From the NCBI GenBank assembly GCA_030704615.1, contig CM060731.1, positions 29,760,001 through 29,824,000 of the forward strand: DNA of 64,000 nt, written 5' to 3'. Below are positions 39,759-51,200 of this stretch, piece after piece. The DNA comes from Takakia lepidozioides. Taxonomy: Eukaryota; Plantae; Bryophyta. The notes under the pieces were generated by a model, which saw only the letters and a list, made by a program, of their open reading frames with translations, had not been told where the DNA came from and did not search any database. Both the position numbers and the translations under genes were made by a program. The first letter of the stretch is position 1; every line of letters starts with the position of its first letter.

Positions 39759-40612
39759 CTTCCTTCCTCGAGTATGTTTGTACCTTGCTATCGCAGATCT
39801 AGTGTAAATCGGTTTACTGCTGTCTCCAGAACACAGTTGAAGAATGAGCAGAGAATATGGCGGAGGAAGCTCAGATAACGACTGTGCATATTCTGTTATT
39901 CATTCCAGATATGCAGCCGTCCATTTTAATTACTTTTCTTGTGGGCCCAGTGGTCAGAGTATCCCTAGGGGCAGTGTCGGCAACTGTTAAACCGTTAATC
40001 AGAACCTCATCAATAAACCCAATAACAAAGCCGACTTCCTGGAAGCATGCCACAGGATCTGAGAATGGGATTGCAGATTAAGTAAATGTATCTATATACT
40101 ACTACCAATGATCATGCGCACCTGGAAAGTTCCAAATGTGAAACGAATGTGGGGTTTGGCTAACAAGGATGACCGTGTATGATATTCCAAAATTTGTCAT
40201 CAAACTCTCGTTCATTTATATTTATTTGTTTAAGACTGCGCATCAATTTCTGGGATTCGCTGTTCTTTTTAAATATTGAACCCGTTATAATAAAGAACAC
40301 GCCGTTTTTTTTGGGCGGCACACGTCAGACATCCATAACTGAATACGAACAGCTGTACACCAATTGCTGGCATGTGCACTAATAAGGAAACGACTATGTG
40401 TAACGGTCACGCGGGAGGGAATCCGATGCTTCTAGAGACACGCAAGAACGCAGGCAATCCCGCAAGAAATCGGGAGTCACTGCGTTTTTCTACTTTTCGC
40501 GCTTAGAGGGAGAGTGGTAGTCAAGCTGGAGAGGGTTCCTTCTAGAATACGAAAGAGAAGAAAGTCTCTTTATTTTACTTCCCTTAGAGAGAGACGCAGA
40601 GCAAGAGAGAAA
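39759..40612. promoter_or_regulatory. Putative bidirectional promoter region between transposase and cargo gene
   Basis: About 850 bp of non-coding DNA between two head-to-head ATGs (39758 minus, 40613 plus). Inferred from position only. Confidence 0.45.
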
Positions 40613-43600
40613 ATGACGAGGCGTCGTTTGTTGGAGAACACAGGGCCAAGGCAGCAGGTGAACGCGGAGACTGATTCACAAGAGCAGACGGAGACTGAGG
40701 CAGCGGCTGCGACACAGTCGGCGATAAGAGTGCGCCAGCCTGTGGAGGCAGAGATGATTCGCAGGGACACTGAAGAAGGTGGAAGCACGCGGAACGCCGA
40801 ACCTGGAGAAGGTCAAGAAACCCTTGCGCAGACAGAAACTCCAGCAGATGTGAGAGGGAAGAGGAAAGCTGCAGAAGGGGATCAAATTTCAAAACCTAAG
40901 AAGGTGCCAGTAAGTTTTATCATATAGTCTGTCTGATTGCCTTTCAAGGAGTCCTTCCTCTTCCATTCTTTAGCAGGAACTACTGAATCGCGAGCGTCGT
41001 TAACGCCATTCGATTCTCCTCATGAGATTTATGTACCTATGTGTTTGAAGAGAGAGTCTGCACTTACTATTCTCCCTAAACTACACTGAATGTCGTTGCC
41101 GCCAATCAGTTGCACATGTATGTCATTACACAACACCGATCCGGCAGGTCGTTATCTTTTGTGATTGTCGTTAACGCCGTTCGCTATCGCTCTCGCTTTT
41201 GTTTTGAATACGGCAGTCTCGGCTTTGCATGTGTAGATTGTGCTGAATTCTTTCACACCATTCATGGTGAGTTTCCTTGATACAGAGTGATGGTCGTTAC
41301 CGCCATTCACTATTTGCAAATCACTCAGTCAGAACTGAATGGCATCGTGCAGAAAACTGTGAGGTCGAAGCCTACAGGATCAGAGGGGAAAGGATCTGGA
41401 GATGGGGACGAGTCCGCAAAAAGCTCAGAGAATACAGATGAAGCAGATGAATCCGAAGTGCACTACCTTGACAAGGTGAAAGAACTCATGTCATTCCAGA
41501 AGGTAAACTCTCAGGAGGTTATAAGGGACATGCTCGTATCTGGAGGGCGTCTGGACATACCTCTGTGCCGGATGATATCAATGCCTGTTGTGCGTCCACC
41601 TCTTTCCCATGACATAACAAAATTGGAGAGTGATTTTGTGCATGGATATAGACTTGGTGCACAAGTTTTTTATGTGTCACTGACGGATATAAATGGGAAA
41701 AGCACATTAGTGTCTCCAGAGATCAGTGATAACTGGGATGAGTGCTGGAAAGATGCCAATGAGGAGTTCGAGCTGGGCCTCATGATGGGAAAGAACACCC
41801 AGCAATTCTGCAACCACATGTTCTACGTCTGGGACGGCAACCACCGATTGCTGGCATGGATGGGATACATTCAGAAACACCATTCGAAAGACAAAGACAA
41901 GCATGTTGCTGTGGAGGCAATGGTTTTGGATCCAAACGACATCGCTAGGCTTCTTACAGCTATGCACGACGTGAACAAGTAAGTCATCCAGGAGATTTCA
42001 TTCCCTCTGTAGTGTCTTGTTAATCCTCAAAAAACAGTGTTAAGGAATGCAATGTTTCCAATGTTTTTGCAGATCGACAGAGAAATCGCATGTGACAACA
42101 AGCTTGGTTCACACACTATTCCGAATTCAGAGGATTGGTCTGATGAAGCTGGATGATTTTCGGACAGTACTACCACCCAATATCATCAAGAAGTGCGAAA
42201 CAGGAAGAGCTGCAGGCACTTGGTATTCTTTGACACGAGAGGCGTTTCTGGAGTACATGTATGCGGTAAGCCCGAGTCTGTAATCTGTTTACTTTTCGAA
42301 TACATGTTTGTAGTCCCTTCGGAGCTAATCACTACTTGAATGAATGCAGCAAGAACTGGCAGAGGCAGCTGAGAAGGGAAAATCCGAATATTACCGCACT
42401 ACACCAGAAGAACTAAGGACATCAAAGGGTGTGGAAGCTGCAATAAAGAAGGAGTTTGAAATGCGAAGAACCAAATTGATGTCAGCCTTCGGAAAGCAGC
42501 TTAGAATAGTAGATCCTGGACTTGGTCCTGAGTTCCTTCAGCAGATCAAAACACACTATGACAAGCATGTGCATCCGGAGATGCAGCAGGAGAAATTGCA
42601 CCGGCTGGCCATATCGATGGTCGACCCACAAACAAAAATAAGGTGGCTGGAGATATGGAACTCAGATCAAACAGTAAAGGACTTGAATCAGTTCCCAAAG
42701 AGCACCATACAGCCTGGCACAAAGGTGGAAGGAATCAGTGATTTGGTGTTTGATAACTGGCTCCACAAGGCTACATTTTGGAGTCAGGTGTGTATTCGAA
42801 CATGCTGTTTCTTCTCTTCAAGTATGTGATGTGTATCTTTTTTGCAATTCTGACAAATATACTATTTGCAGCTCGAAAAGCGCGCCGTCATTGTGCTGGA
42901 TCAGACTTTGAAGGACCTGAACATTGCGATTGTTTCCCCTCCCCAAATGTCATTGGAGGCATACATAAGGAAGTGGAGAGGTCTCACCTGGAGATACTGT
43001 TTTTTCCGGGAGTTCTCCAAAGATGGTAACATTTTACGGTCCAACGACTTTGACAGTCAGGTTGGAGGAGAGTGGGCCATGATGCGAGTTGTGTACAGGT
43101 GCAATGTCATACTTGAAACTCTACTGTTTTTTTGGGAAAAAATGTGGCTTCATATGGATTGCAATCTTAGATCCAGATTGAATGTCGTTGACGACATTCA
43201 CTTCTTTGTCTAAGTCATTCTTAAGCGAGTATATGAATTCACCTGGTTAGGATCTAAGGGTGCAATTATATTGTCCCTGATTAGAATTGATAATGTCCTT
43301 GAATGGCGTTGACGACATTCACATACGGAGTTGTTGAGAGGTCCTCAGAGTTATTTAAATTTTTGTAATGTCCATAGAGGTTACAGTGAGGGTTCCTCAC
43401 TTCATTTTGCTGAATGTCAATGCAGACATTCAGTTGTTCTGCATTGTTTTTGCCTCTTGCGATGAATGTGGAGGCTTGATAAGCTCTGTTTTAAGAAATC
43501 CAAAGTGAATGTCGTTGACGACATTCACAGCTGTGTCTGTATTATTCAACAGCGACAAATTCAATTTACATGGATTGGGGAGCTAAGTAATTGGTTTCTT

Positions 43601-46245
43601 TTTTGTATTTTTGTGAATGGCGTTGACGCCATTCACATACAGTGATGTTGTGAGGTCCTCAGTGATAGGTTCGTTATGAATGTGCATTGAGTTTTCCTGG
43701 AGGGTTCCTTACTCAATTTTTTTATTTCCATCCTGTGATTTTGCTTCATTTAAGTAATAATTTGGCTTCATTCTTGAATGTCGTTGACGACATTCACTTC
43801 TATGTCTGTGTCATTTCTAAACGATTATTTGCATTCACCTGGATTAGGATGTATTTACAGTGTCATTGAATGGAATGTTCTGAATGGCGTTGACGACATT
43901 CATATCTGGAGCAGTAGTGTGGTCCTGAAAGGTCCTTGGAGCAGTTGTCAGAGCCATTTCAATCTATGTTTTATTCTTTCTGTTCTACTTGCATCTTACT
44001 CACTGAGCGCTTTTGTGGGTTGGGATTTATCTCCTTTTTTCAGGTACACGAAATATGTGCTTATGGAAGGAAATCACCTGAGCGGAATTCCCGACTATCT
44101 TGACATGTGGTCGGACCCTGCAAACGATCCAACCATGTATATTGCAGGGATATTGAAGGACTGGAGTCCTTCTCACTTCAGAGACTGTGGGTGGTACCTT
44201 GACTGCCCACCTGAGCACACGACCTTTCAAGAACAGCATATGAAATACTTGAACAATAACGCTGAGATGCTGGCGCCTTTGACTGACGAAGAGTATCAAC
44301 GAAACATAGCAACCTTGGCTGCCAAGGAGCCTGATGCTCAGGGAACGCCGCAGAAGGGAAAGAAGGCGGGCCGCAAACCAAAAGACAAGGCTGTTGATGT
44401 CATAGCCATCTCACCAGCAAAGCCAAAGGACAAAGACAAGTCCAAAGAGAAGGAAAAGGACAAGGGGAAGGAGAATGAAAAGGAGATGGAGAGTGGGCAG
44501 GACTTTACTGCTGGAAGATATACCCGCACTCTTCAGTGCGTGTTCGATGCCAAGCCACACCCTTCCCGTTCTGATTCAGCAGGAGAGATGAAAATTGTTA
44601 ATGAGGGTTGGCTTTCGATGATGCAGAGTCGAAAGAGAGGATACACTGGGGTGCCATCCCCTACCTGGGACAATATAATCTCATTCCTCAATCTGGTGAG
44701 AATTCCAGTTTCTTTCCTTTTTCTCTGAAAGTTTCGTTGGCAGTATTTCAGTCTCGTTCTTTGAAAACATTCTTGCCATCGTTCTTATAAAAAACATGTC
44801 TGTTGCAGGTGAGCACAGGTCCCACCTTCGTGTGCGGTGTGCAGAAAACTTATGCGGCCGACATTGTCATTCTCGACATCCCGGATGGCCAGGCTGTGCC
44901 AGAAGTTCTTCCAAAGGGCAAGACGCCAGGCTGGAACAAATTCGAGGACAACTACTGGAGTTGGGTGTTCGGGTTCTGTAACAATTTCCTCTCTGATGCA
45001 GGGACACTTCTGCTTTTTCAGTCATGTGACAATGATAGTCGTCGGGCATTGGCATCATACCTCAAGTCTTCAGGGTTTGAAGTTTTGCGCACATGGAATT
45101 GTGTGAACAGCCTCTACCTTGTGAAAGGGGGTTTCCCTGGTCAGCTGGTATGCCGTCTCCCTTCTGCTTGTGCTTTGATCATGAGTTTCAATTTTCTCTG
45201 CAGCTCCACTCTAGTAGAATGTTTTATGATCGACACCGATCATCAACGATTCATGATTTTTTTGTCAGAGTTCTGAATAGCCGATGTACACACTTCCACT
45301 ATAGATTGTGTTTACCACACTAACCTGCTATCTTTGCCAGACGAGGATGTTCGAGGCGATCTGCCTGCGGAGGATTCGCACATCAAAGACACCATCCTCC
45401 ATCCGCAGCTTTGAGATTTCTGACCAGGGTTGTTTCGTCAACCCCCCCTATGAGCCCCATGTCGATGACATTTTGTACAACTTCATGCAGTCCAGTCAGA
45501 CTCTGAAGAGACCAGATGGCACTCCCTGGAGAGGTGCAAAGGAAAAGTCACCAGCATTCATGCAAATACTGCTGGAGTCATGCAGCCACCGCTCTGCACG
45601 GGTGGTCGATCTTTCTGTGTCCACAGGTTCGTTTTTTCCCTTCCGAATTGGTTTCCTTTCAACAGTTTCATCTGCTTAAATCCCCCCCTCCAAACTGTTC
45701 ATGTTCTCCTGTCTGGTGCAGGAGCAACTTACCACGCATGCAAGGCAGGCGGAAGAAGCCTTTTTGGCATGGAGGGTGATTCTGACCTCTACAACACCGT
45801 GCTCCTCCCCCTTTTGTCTGGCTCCACTTCAGGCACACAGACTGATCGGATTCAAATTCGAAATGATGACGATCCCGAAGATAAGCAGGTCGACAACGAC
45901 TTTTCATGTGAGTAAGTGCTAAACCCTCTTTGGGAGTCATACTCAATTTCTCGATAACATCAAAGTTACAGTAATAACTTTTTCAGGCTGTCTTTCAGGA
46001 AAGGCAGCGGTGGATCTTCAGGAGATACAGTCATTTCTGGCGAGTCTGTTTTCGACAGCCCCCTTTCCAATTTTCTGCTTCCTGTTTATGCCGAAGCAAT
46101 GGCACTTCACGCGGCCGAGTCCCTATCCCCTGACTTTTTAGTGGCCAGCCGTAGGTGTATCCAGCGTGGATCCGGTGTTCTAAAATACTTAGACTTAGAT
46201 GCAGAGGAAGAGGGGATACATTGTACTGACTCTGAGTCAGACTGA
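40613..46245 (+). CDS. Transposon cargo gene: ParB/Srx-like domain + beta-class (circularly permuted) amino-DNA-methyltransferase-like domain, ~1170 aa, 10 predicted exons
   Basis: Hand-spliced exons 40613-40909, 41329-41978, 42073-42265, 42350-42787, 42872-43098, 44044-44695, 44809-45147, 45341-45626, 45722-45911, 45999-46245 all have GT-AG junctions with consistent phases (3519 nt, no internal stop seen). ParB-like motif FYVWDGNHRLLAW. MTase motifs in beta order: ADIVILDIPDG, FLSDAGTLLLF, GFEVLRTW, GAKEKSPAFMQILLESCS, VVDLSVSTGAT, GRSLFGMEGD. Confidence 0.8.
40992..41308. repeat. Four degenerate copies of the 20-bp palindromic motif in intron 1 of the cargo gene
   Basis: GAGCGTCGTTAACGCCATTC (40992), GAATGTCGTTGCCGCCAATC (41088), GATTGTCGTTAACGCCGTTC (41163), GATGGTCGTTACCGCCATTC (41289). 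Confidence 0.75.
43179..43902. repeat. Array of six palindromes GAATGKCGT-TG-ACGMCATTC within three diverged ~270-330-bp tandem units (intron 5 of the cargo gene)
   Basis: Copies start at 43180, 43301, 43507, 43615, 43776 and 43882, plus a degenerate copy at 43410-43433. Sequence between copies is visibly more diverged than the palindromes. Confidence 0.92.
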
Positions 46246-46374
46246 ACTGTATTCTTTTAATATTCATTTTCATATTATCTGGAAAACGTTGAATCCCCTT
46301 CCTCCACCGTAGTTGTTCCTTTAGAACAAATAATAATCACAGAATCAACTTTCGTTTAAATTGCTATATGTATG

Positions 46375-46740
46375 AATCCATCTCACAAACCTTCCTGACT
46401 CTTCTCATATCCATTGTGCATTCATCTACACTGTATTCATGCGTGCTCCATTCATGAAAGCTTCCTTTGTACAACATCCATTGTACATTCATCCTCTGTA
46501 CTCTTTAATCCACCCCACAAACCTTCCACACTCATTTCATATACTTTGTGCATTCGTCAAAAGATTTGGTCATGCATCTTCCTGTCATGAATTTTTGTCA
46601 TTGCTCAACATCCATTATACATTCATCCATTTTACTCTTATCCATCCGTCATTCATCCATCTACATACATTTTTCACACTCATCCATCTGTTTATCATCC
46701 AACTGTACATTCATCCATCCTTTATTCAATGCCTTTTATT
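46375..46740. repeat. Low-complexity CATTCATCC/ATCCA-rich repeats in the right subterminal region of the transposon
   Basis: Repeated ATCCATTGTACATTCATCC / CATTCATCCAT units. Confidence 0.6.
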
Positions 46741-47566
46741 ATGTCGTCCAGCTTGTTTCCGCGGTAAAGGGTGCCAATCCGCGGGAATACACTCCACTTC
46801 TTTCTGGGCGCGTGGTGACTTGGCCTTCACGTGTGATGACGTGGACTGAGCCCCGTGACGTGGCATTTGCGCAAGGTGACGTGGCGTGAGCGCAGTTGCG
46901 CTCACGCACTCACGTGACCAGGCTCACGCCGAGGCATCCCTGCTTGTGCTGGAGGGACTCACCTGTTTACTACATCAGTTTTTTTAACCAACTCAGGTCA
47001 TTGAGTAGATGTGGTGGAAGTGCCCTTGGTGGCAATAAATTTCATGATGTATTGACAGACAATAAGGAGAAAATCAAGCCAATCCAATGCTTGGGAGACG
47101 ACTGTTTGGATATAGCTAAGACACGATGGAACATGGTTACCCAGGCCTTAACCATTCCTGGGAAATTGTCTGAGAGGCTGACATATCACAAGTCAGTGCA
47201 GTAAACATAGAAGAACACCTCGATGCCTTTATTAAAGAAACTGACATGGTGATCAGTTCATCAAGAGACATGCTTGGCTTCGAATCAGAAGGCAATGACC
47301 TGGAGGAAATAAATTATCAAACAAGGGATGAAAAGTGGTCACATGTTCCACTTGATAGCAATGGTACACTAAGACAAGGAGTTGACACTACAATACAAGT
47401 TGGGCTTTTCAACTCTGTATTTGACTCATTTTTGAGTCATTTGCGACATTTTTACTCCCAGCCTCCATAGTCAAACATGCGTGACAAAGGTCAAGTCGTT
47501 TCAGTCAAGCAGTCGAATCCAGATGCCAGGTTCTGACAGTGAAATGTGACAGTAAAACCTAGGGGG

Positions 47567-47737
47567 TGACGTGTAGGCAGCACAGTATGACGTGGATGCG
47601 ACGTGGCTATGACGTGGCTATGACGTGTAGTAAAGTGGTTTAACTGAATTATAACGTGGATGCATGACGTGTAGTGAGTGGCTTAAGGGCAGAGTGACGT
47701 GGATGCATGACGTGTAGTAAAGTGGTTTAACTGAAGT
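47567..47737. repeat. TGACGTG(G/T) repeat cluster in the CACTA left subterminal region
   Basis: About nine ACGTG cores, including the duplicated ACGTGGATGCATGACGTGTAGT unit. Confidence 0.75.
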
Positions 47738-48249
47738 GGAACATATTGACTATGTTCCATGATGTTTAGTATACGGTTTGACTGTAAATCAGTGATAGTG
47801 AGTTTGCTTGACTTTGTATATTGTAATATTCTACTGGACACATTTTAGTAAATATGTTTCACTCTGGAGGTGTATATACATATATACATATTAATATAAT
47901 ATAATATACATATACATATGAATTGGGAGGTTTTTTATTTAATATTTGGTTTTTTTGTTTATTACTTTTATTTCGTTTTTTTCATTTACTTTTAGTTTAT
48001 ATCTGTACGTATGTTAATTAGTGGATATTGTATTTAAATTTTTTGATTCGCTGCACTGCATTGAAAATATATTACAAATACAACAAAACATATAATACAA
48101 ATACAGGTCGGAACCAAAAACATTTGGATGGCTCAAAACTGGTTTTATATCAAGAGTGATTTGCAAAACAAGTTTTGGCCACATTCTACAAATGACCAAC
48201 ATGAGGGCCATGTTGCCATATCCATAGATCACTGCCCAACTGAAGTCAT

Positions 48250-51200
48250 TGAGTAAGGATAATCTGCTGTGCAGCTAGGTCCAGCACTATCGTGGACATG
48301 TCAAGAGAACATTAGAAATCATGTTGAGAATGGTGATGCCAGCTACCTTGTCACCCAAAGTGACATCCACTTCCAGGGCTGCCTTGAAATACATATCCAC
48401 CAAGGCAGTGTTTAGAGTGACAACTCCAGCTTTGACGATGTCATCATGGACCTTTGTGCCCTTTTGATGGCTGCCAGGCTCACATTTGACAGATGTACAC
48501 CAGGGGAATGTTTAGAATGACATCTGGTACAATTCCAGCTTGGATAATGTCACCATAAACCTCTTTGCCCCTTCCCAGGGCTGCTAGGCTCGCACATGCA
48601 TATTACAAAAACAAATGAACATGACGGCCTGGTCTGGCTTCATCCCTTCCCACATCATTTGCTCTTATGTTTCCAAAGCCTTAATCCCATACCCATGCTG
48701 CACATACCTTGCAATCATGGCACTCCAAAATACCACAACTCGTTCAGCCATATTGTCAAACTCTCCCTTCACATCAGGCTTGCTGCACCCACATTTGGCA
48801 TACATGTCCACCAAGGCAGAGTTCAGAATGACAATTTCCCCTTTAACGATCGGCATAAGCAAGGGGAAGGAGACAGCAGAGCTGCTGCTCTCTCCCAGCG
48901 CCAAAAAAACTAAAAGAAAAAAAAATGGAGGGGCTGAGAGAGCCGCCATGGCTATGAAGTACTAGTATGCTGCAACGTCATGTGGTTGGGCTTCACCCCT
49001 TCCCCCATCAATATTTGATCATAGGTCTCCAAAGCCTCCATACCATGTCCCTGCTGTGCATACCCTGCAAGCATCACCCATTCACAATCTCCAAAGCCTC
49101 CCTGCCAACCCAGTATATAAACAGAGTACACTTAAGTTCCTTGCTTTGCATCCTCAATGCACCCACATTGGGCATACATGTCCACCAGGGCAGAGTTCAG
49201 AATGACATCTGGTACAATTCCAGCTTTGACAATGTCAACATAGACCTCTTTGACCTTTTCCAGGGCTGCCAGGCTTGCATAAGCATTGCAATCACACAAA
49301 AACGTGATGTGGTTGGGGCTTCACCCCTTCCCCCATCATTTCATCATAGGTCTCCAAATCCACCAATGACCATCCCACGCCCTGCTCTGCATACCCTGCG
49401 ATGCTTGTGAGTGTGTACCTGCTTTCCAGCTTCCAGACCTTTTTGGCGTGAATCCACATCATTTGTTGGCACTAGGAAAGGGTTGAGACTGAGCTGCTCA
49501 AGCACAACATCTGGAGCCAAAGCCTCCATCCAGTGCCCCTGCCGTGCATACCCTGCAAGCATCGAGTTCTACGACACCACATCAGCTCTGACAATGTTGC
49601 CATGGGCCTCTTTGCCCTTTTCCAGGGCTGCCAGGCTTGCACACGCACTACAACCGCACACAAACCTGATCAGCCCAAAACCAATGGCCAACCTCTCACT
49701 ATGGTGGCAAAGAGAAAATTCCTTTTCCTCCTCCCCCACATCATGCAATACAAAGCGCGTATCAGACTTAGGACATTTGGTGCCATGCAAAATTGTAGGG
49801 TGGCTCTTCTTCGACCAGATAATGTCTTTGGTTACAAGCCCCTGGATGCTTGGCTTTTTTAATGGACAATGTCCATGGTGGTAAGCACTTGCTGGCTGTT
49901 AAGAAGTTGATTCAGGCCCTGTGTTCATGTTGCCTTAGGATAAATATGTCGTGGCAGCTTACTAGCCTGTTGGAATGAACAATTCAGACCCCGTGATACT
50001 ACTCTATGATGGTAAACTGATTAGAAAAATATCTGCAATTTTAATATGGTGTTTGTGTTACCAAAACAGACTGGAATTCGTTTTCCAGCGTGCAATGTAG
50101 ACATTGGTGGCCGCTGGGATTCCAGAAATCATTGATGGGGCAAAGGGAATCCACCATATGGATATTTGCAATTGCATTTTTATGCATTAGACTTTGTTTT
50201 GCAGTGTAATGAAATGCACCCCAAAACTCCAGGAATGAGACAGGCAATATTAAAGTAATCTCTTTTAAACACTATGGACTTCTGGATATCCGATGATGTC
50301 CAGTGGCAATTCAATGTCGAAACATAATCCATAATAAGATGGCGGCAGGAAAAATTTGCAAATCTTCCAGAAAACTGAGTTCCAACAGTAGCAGTTGTGG
50401 GGGCCATTTTTGGAAAAATACCAATACCCCGCCTCCTTTCATCTGCCCAGACAATCTTCTCAGCTCAGCATGGATTTCCTTAATTGGGATGCAACTTGTC
50501 ATCTACAGCAAGGTGTGCACCCTGTTGCCAACCCCAATGCAGTAGCGACCTGGCTGCTTTCTAACCCCTCTGACCTTCATCATTCTTCTCACCTTTGCAG
50601 TATCATCCCACCTGCCAGCTGCAGCATACATGTTTGATACCAACACATAAGTCACGGCATCCTGTTCATCCCATTTGAGGATAGATGTTGCCGCACGTTC
50701 AGCCATCTCCACATTGCCATGGATTCTGCAGGCACCAAGCACGGCCTTCCACACCACAAGATCTGGATTGATTGGCATCTTATTAATCAGATCCACTGCC
50801 TCATCCAGTTGTCCCGCACGTCCAAGAAGGTCCACCATATAGCCAAAGTGTTTTACTGTCGGAGTGACACCATGATCTTGATTTCCTTCATTCAGTAGGC
50901 CAGTGTGGCTGCATGCAGAGAGAACACATATAAAGGTGAGACTGTCCAGCTTCAAGCCATTCTTTTGCATTTCCTTCAAATAGTTGCAGGACCTCCCTAT
51001 GACCATGCTGGGCATATCCTGCGATCATCACGTTCCATGACACCACATTTCGTTCAGCCATATTGTCGAACACTCCCTACGCATCCTCAATGCACCCACA
51101 TTTGGCATACATGTCCACGAGGGTATTGTTCAGAATCACATCTGGTACAATTCTAGCTTTGGCGATGCAACCATGCACCTCTTTGCCCTTTTCCAGGGCT

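Larger units (their letters stand above)
35626..46942. mobile_element. 11.3-kb TIR DNA transposon with a Mutator-type transposase and a divergent ParB-like/DNA methyltransferase cargo gene
   Basis: Imperfect TIRs: left CAACGACGCAATGGCGTGAGCGTTGCACGTGAGCGCGCGAGCG versus right reverse complement CAGGGATGCCTCGGCGTGAGCCTGGTCACGTGAGTGCGTGAGCG. Direct repeat CTTGT at 35621-35625 and 46943-46947. Rejoining the flanks extends the gypsy frame (ESLQHKVAKVAKFF). Confidence 0.85.

Noticed and set aside
43179-43902. CRISPR-like appearance of palindromic repeats with spacers
   Set aside because: Spacers are 86-186 bp, uneven and homologous to each other as tandem units. The context is a eukaryotic intron and no cas genes are present.
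43778-44043. N-terminal extension of the 316-aa ORF across the palindrome array
   Set aside because: It lies upstream of a good splice acceptor at 44043 that gives the correct phase, so it is best read as an open intron frame.
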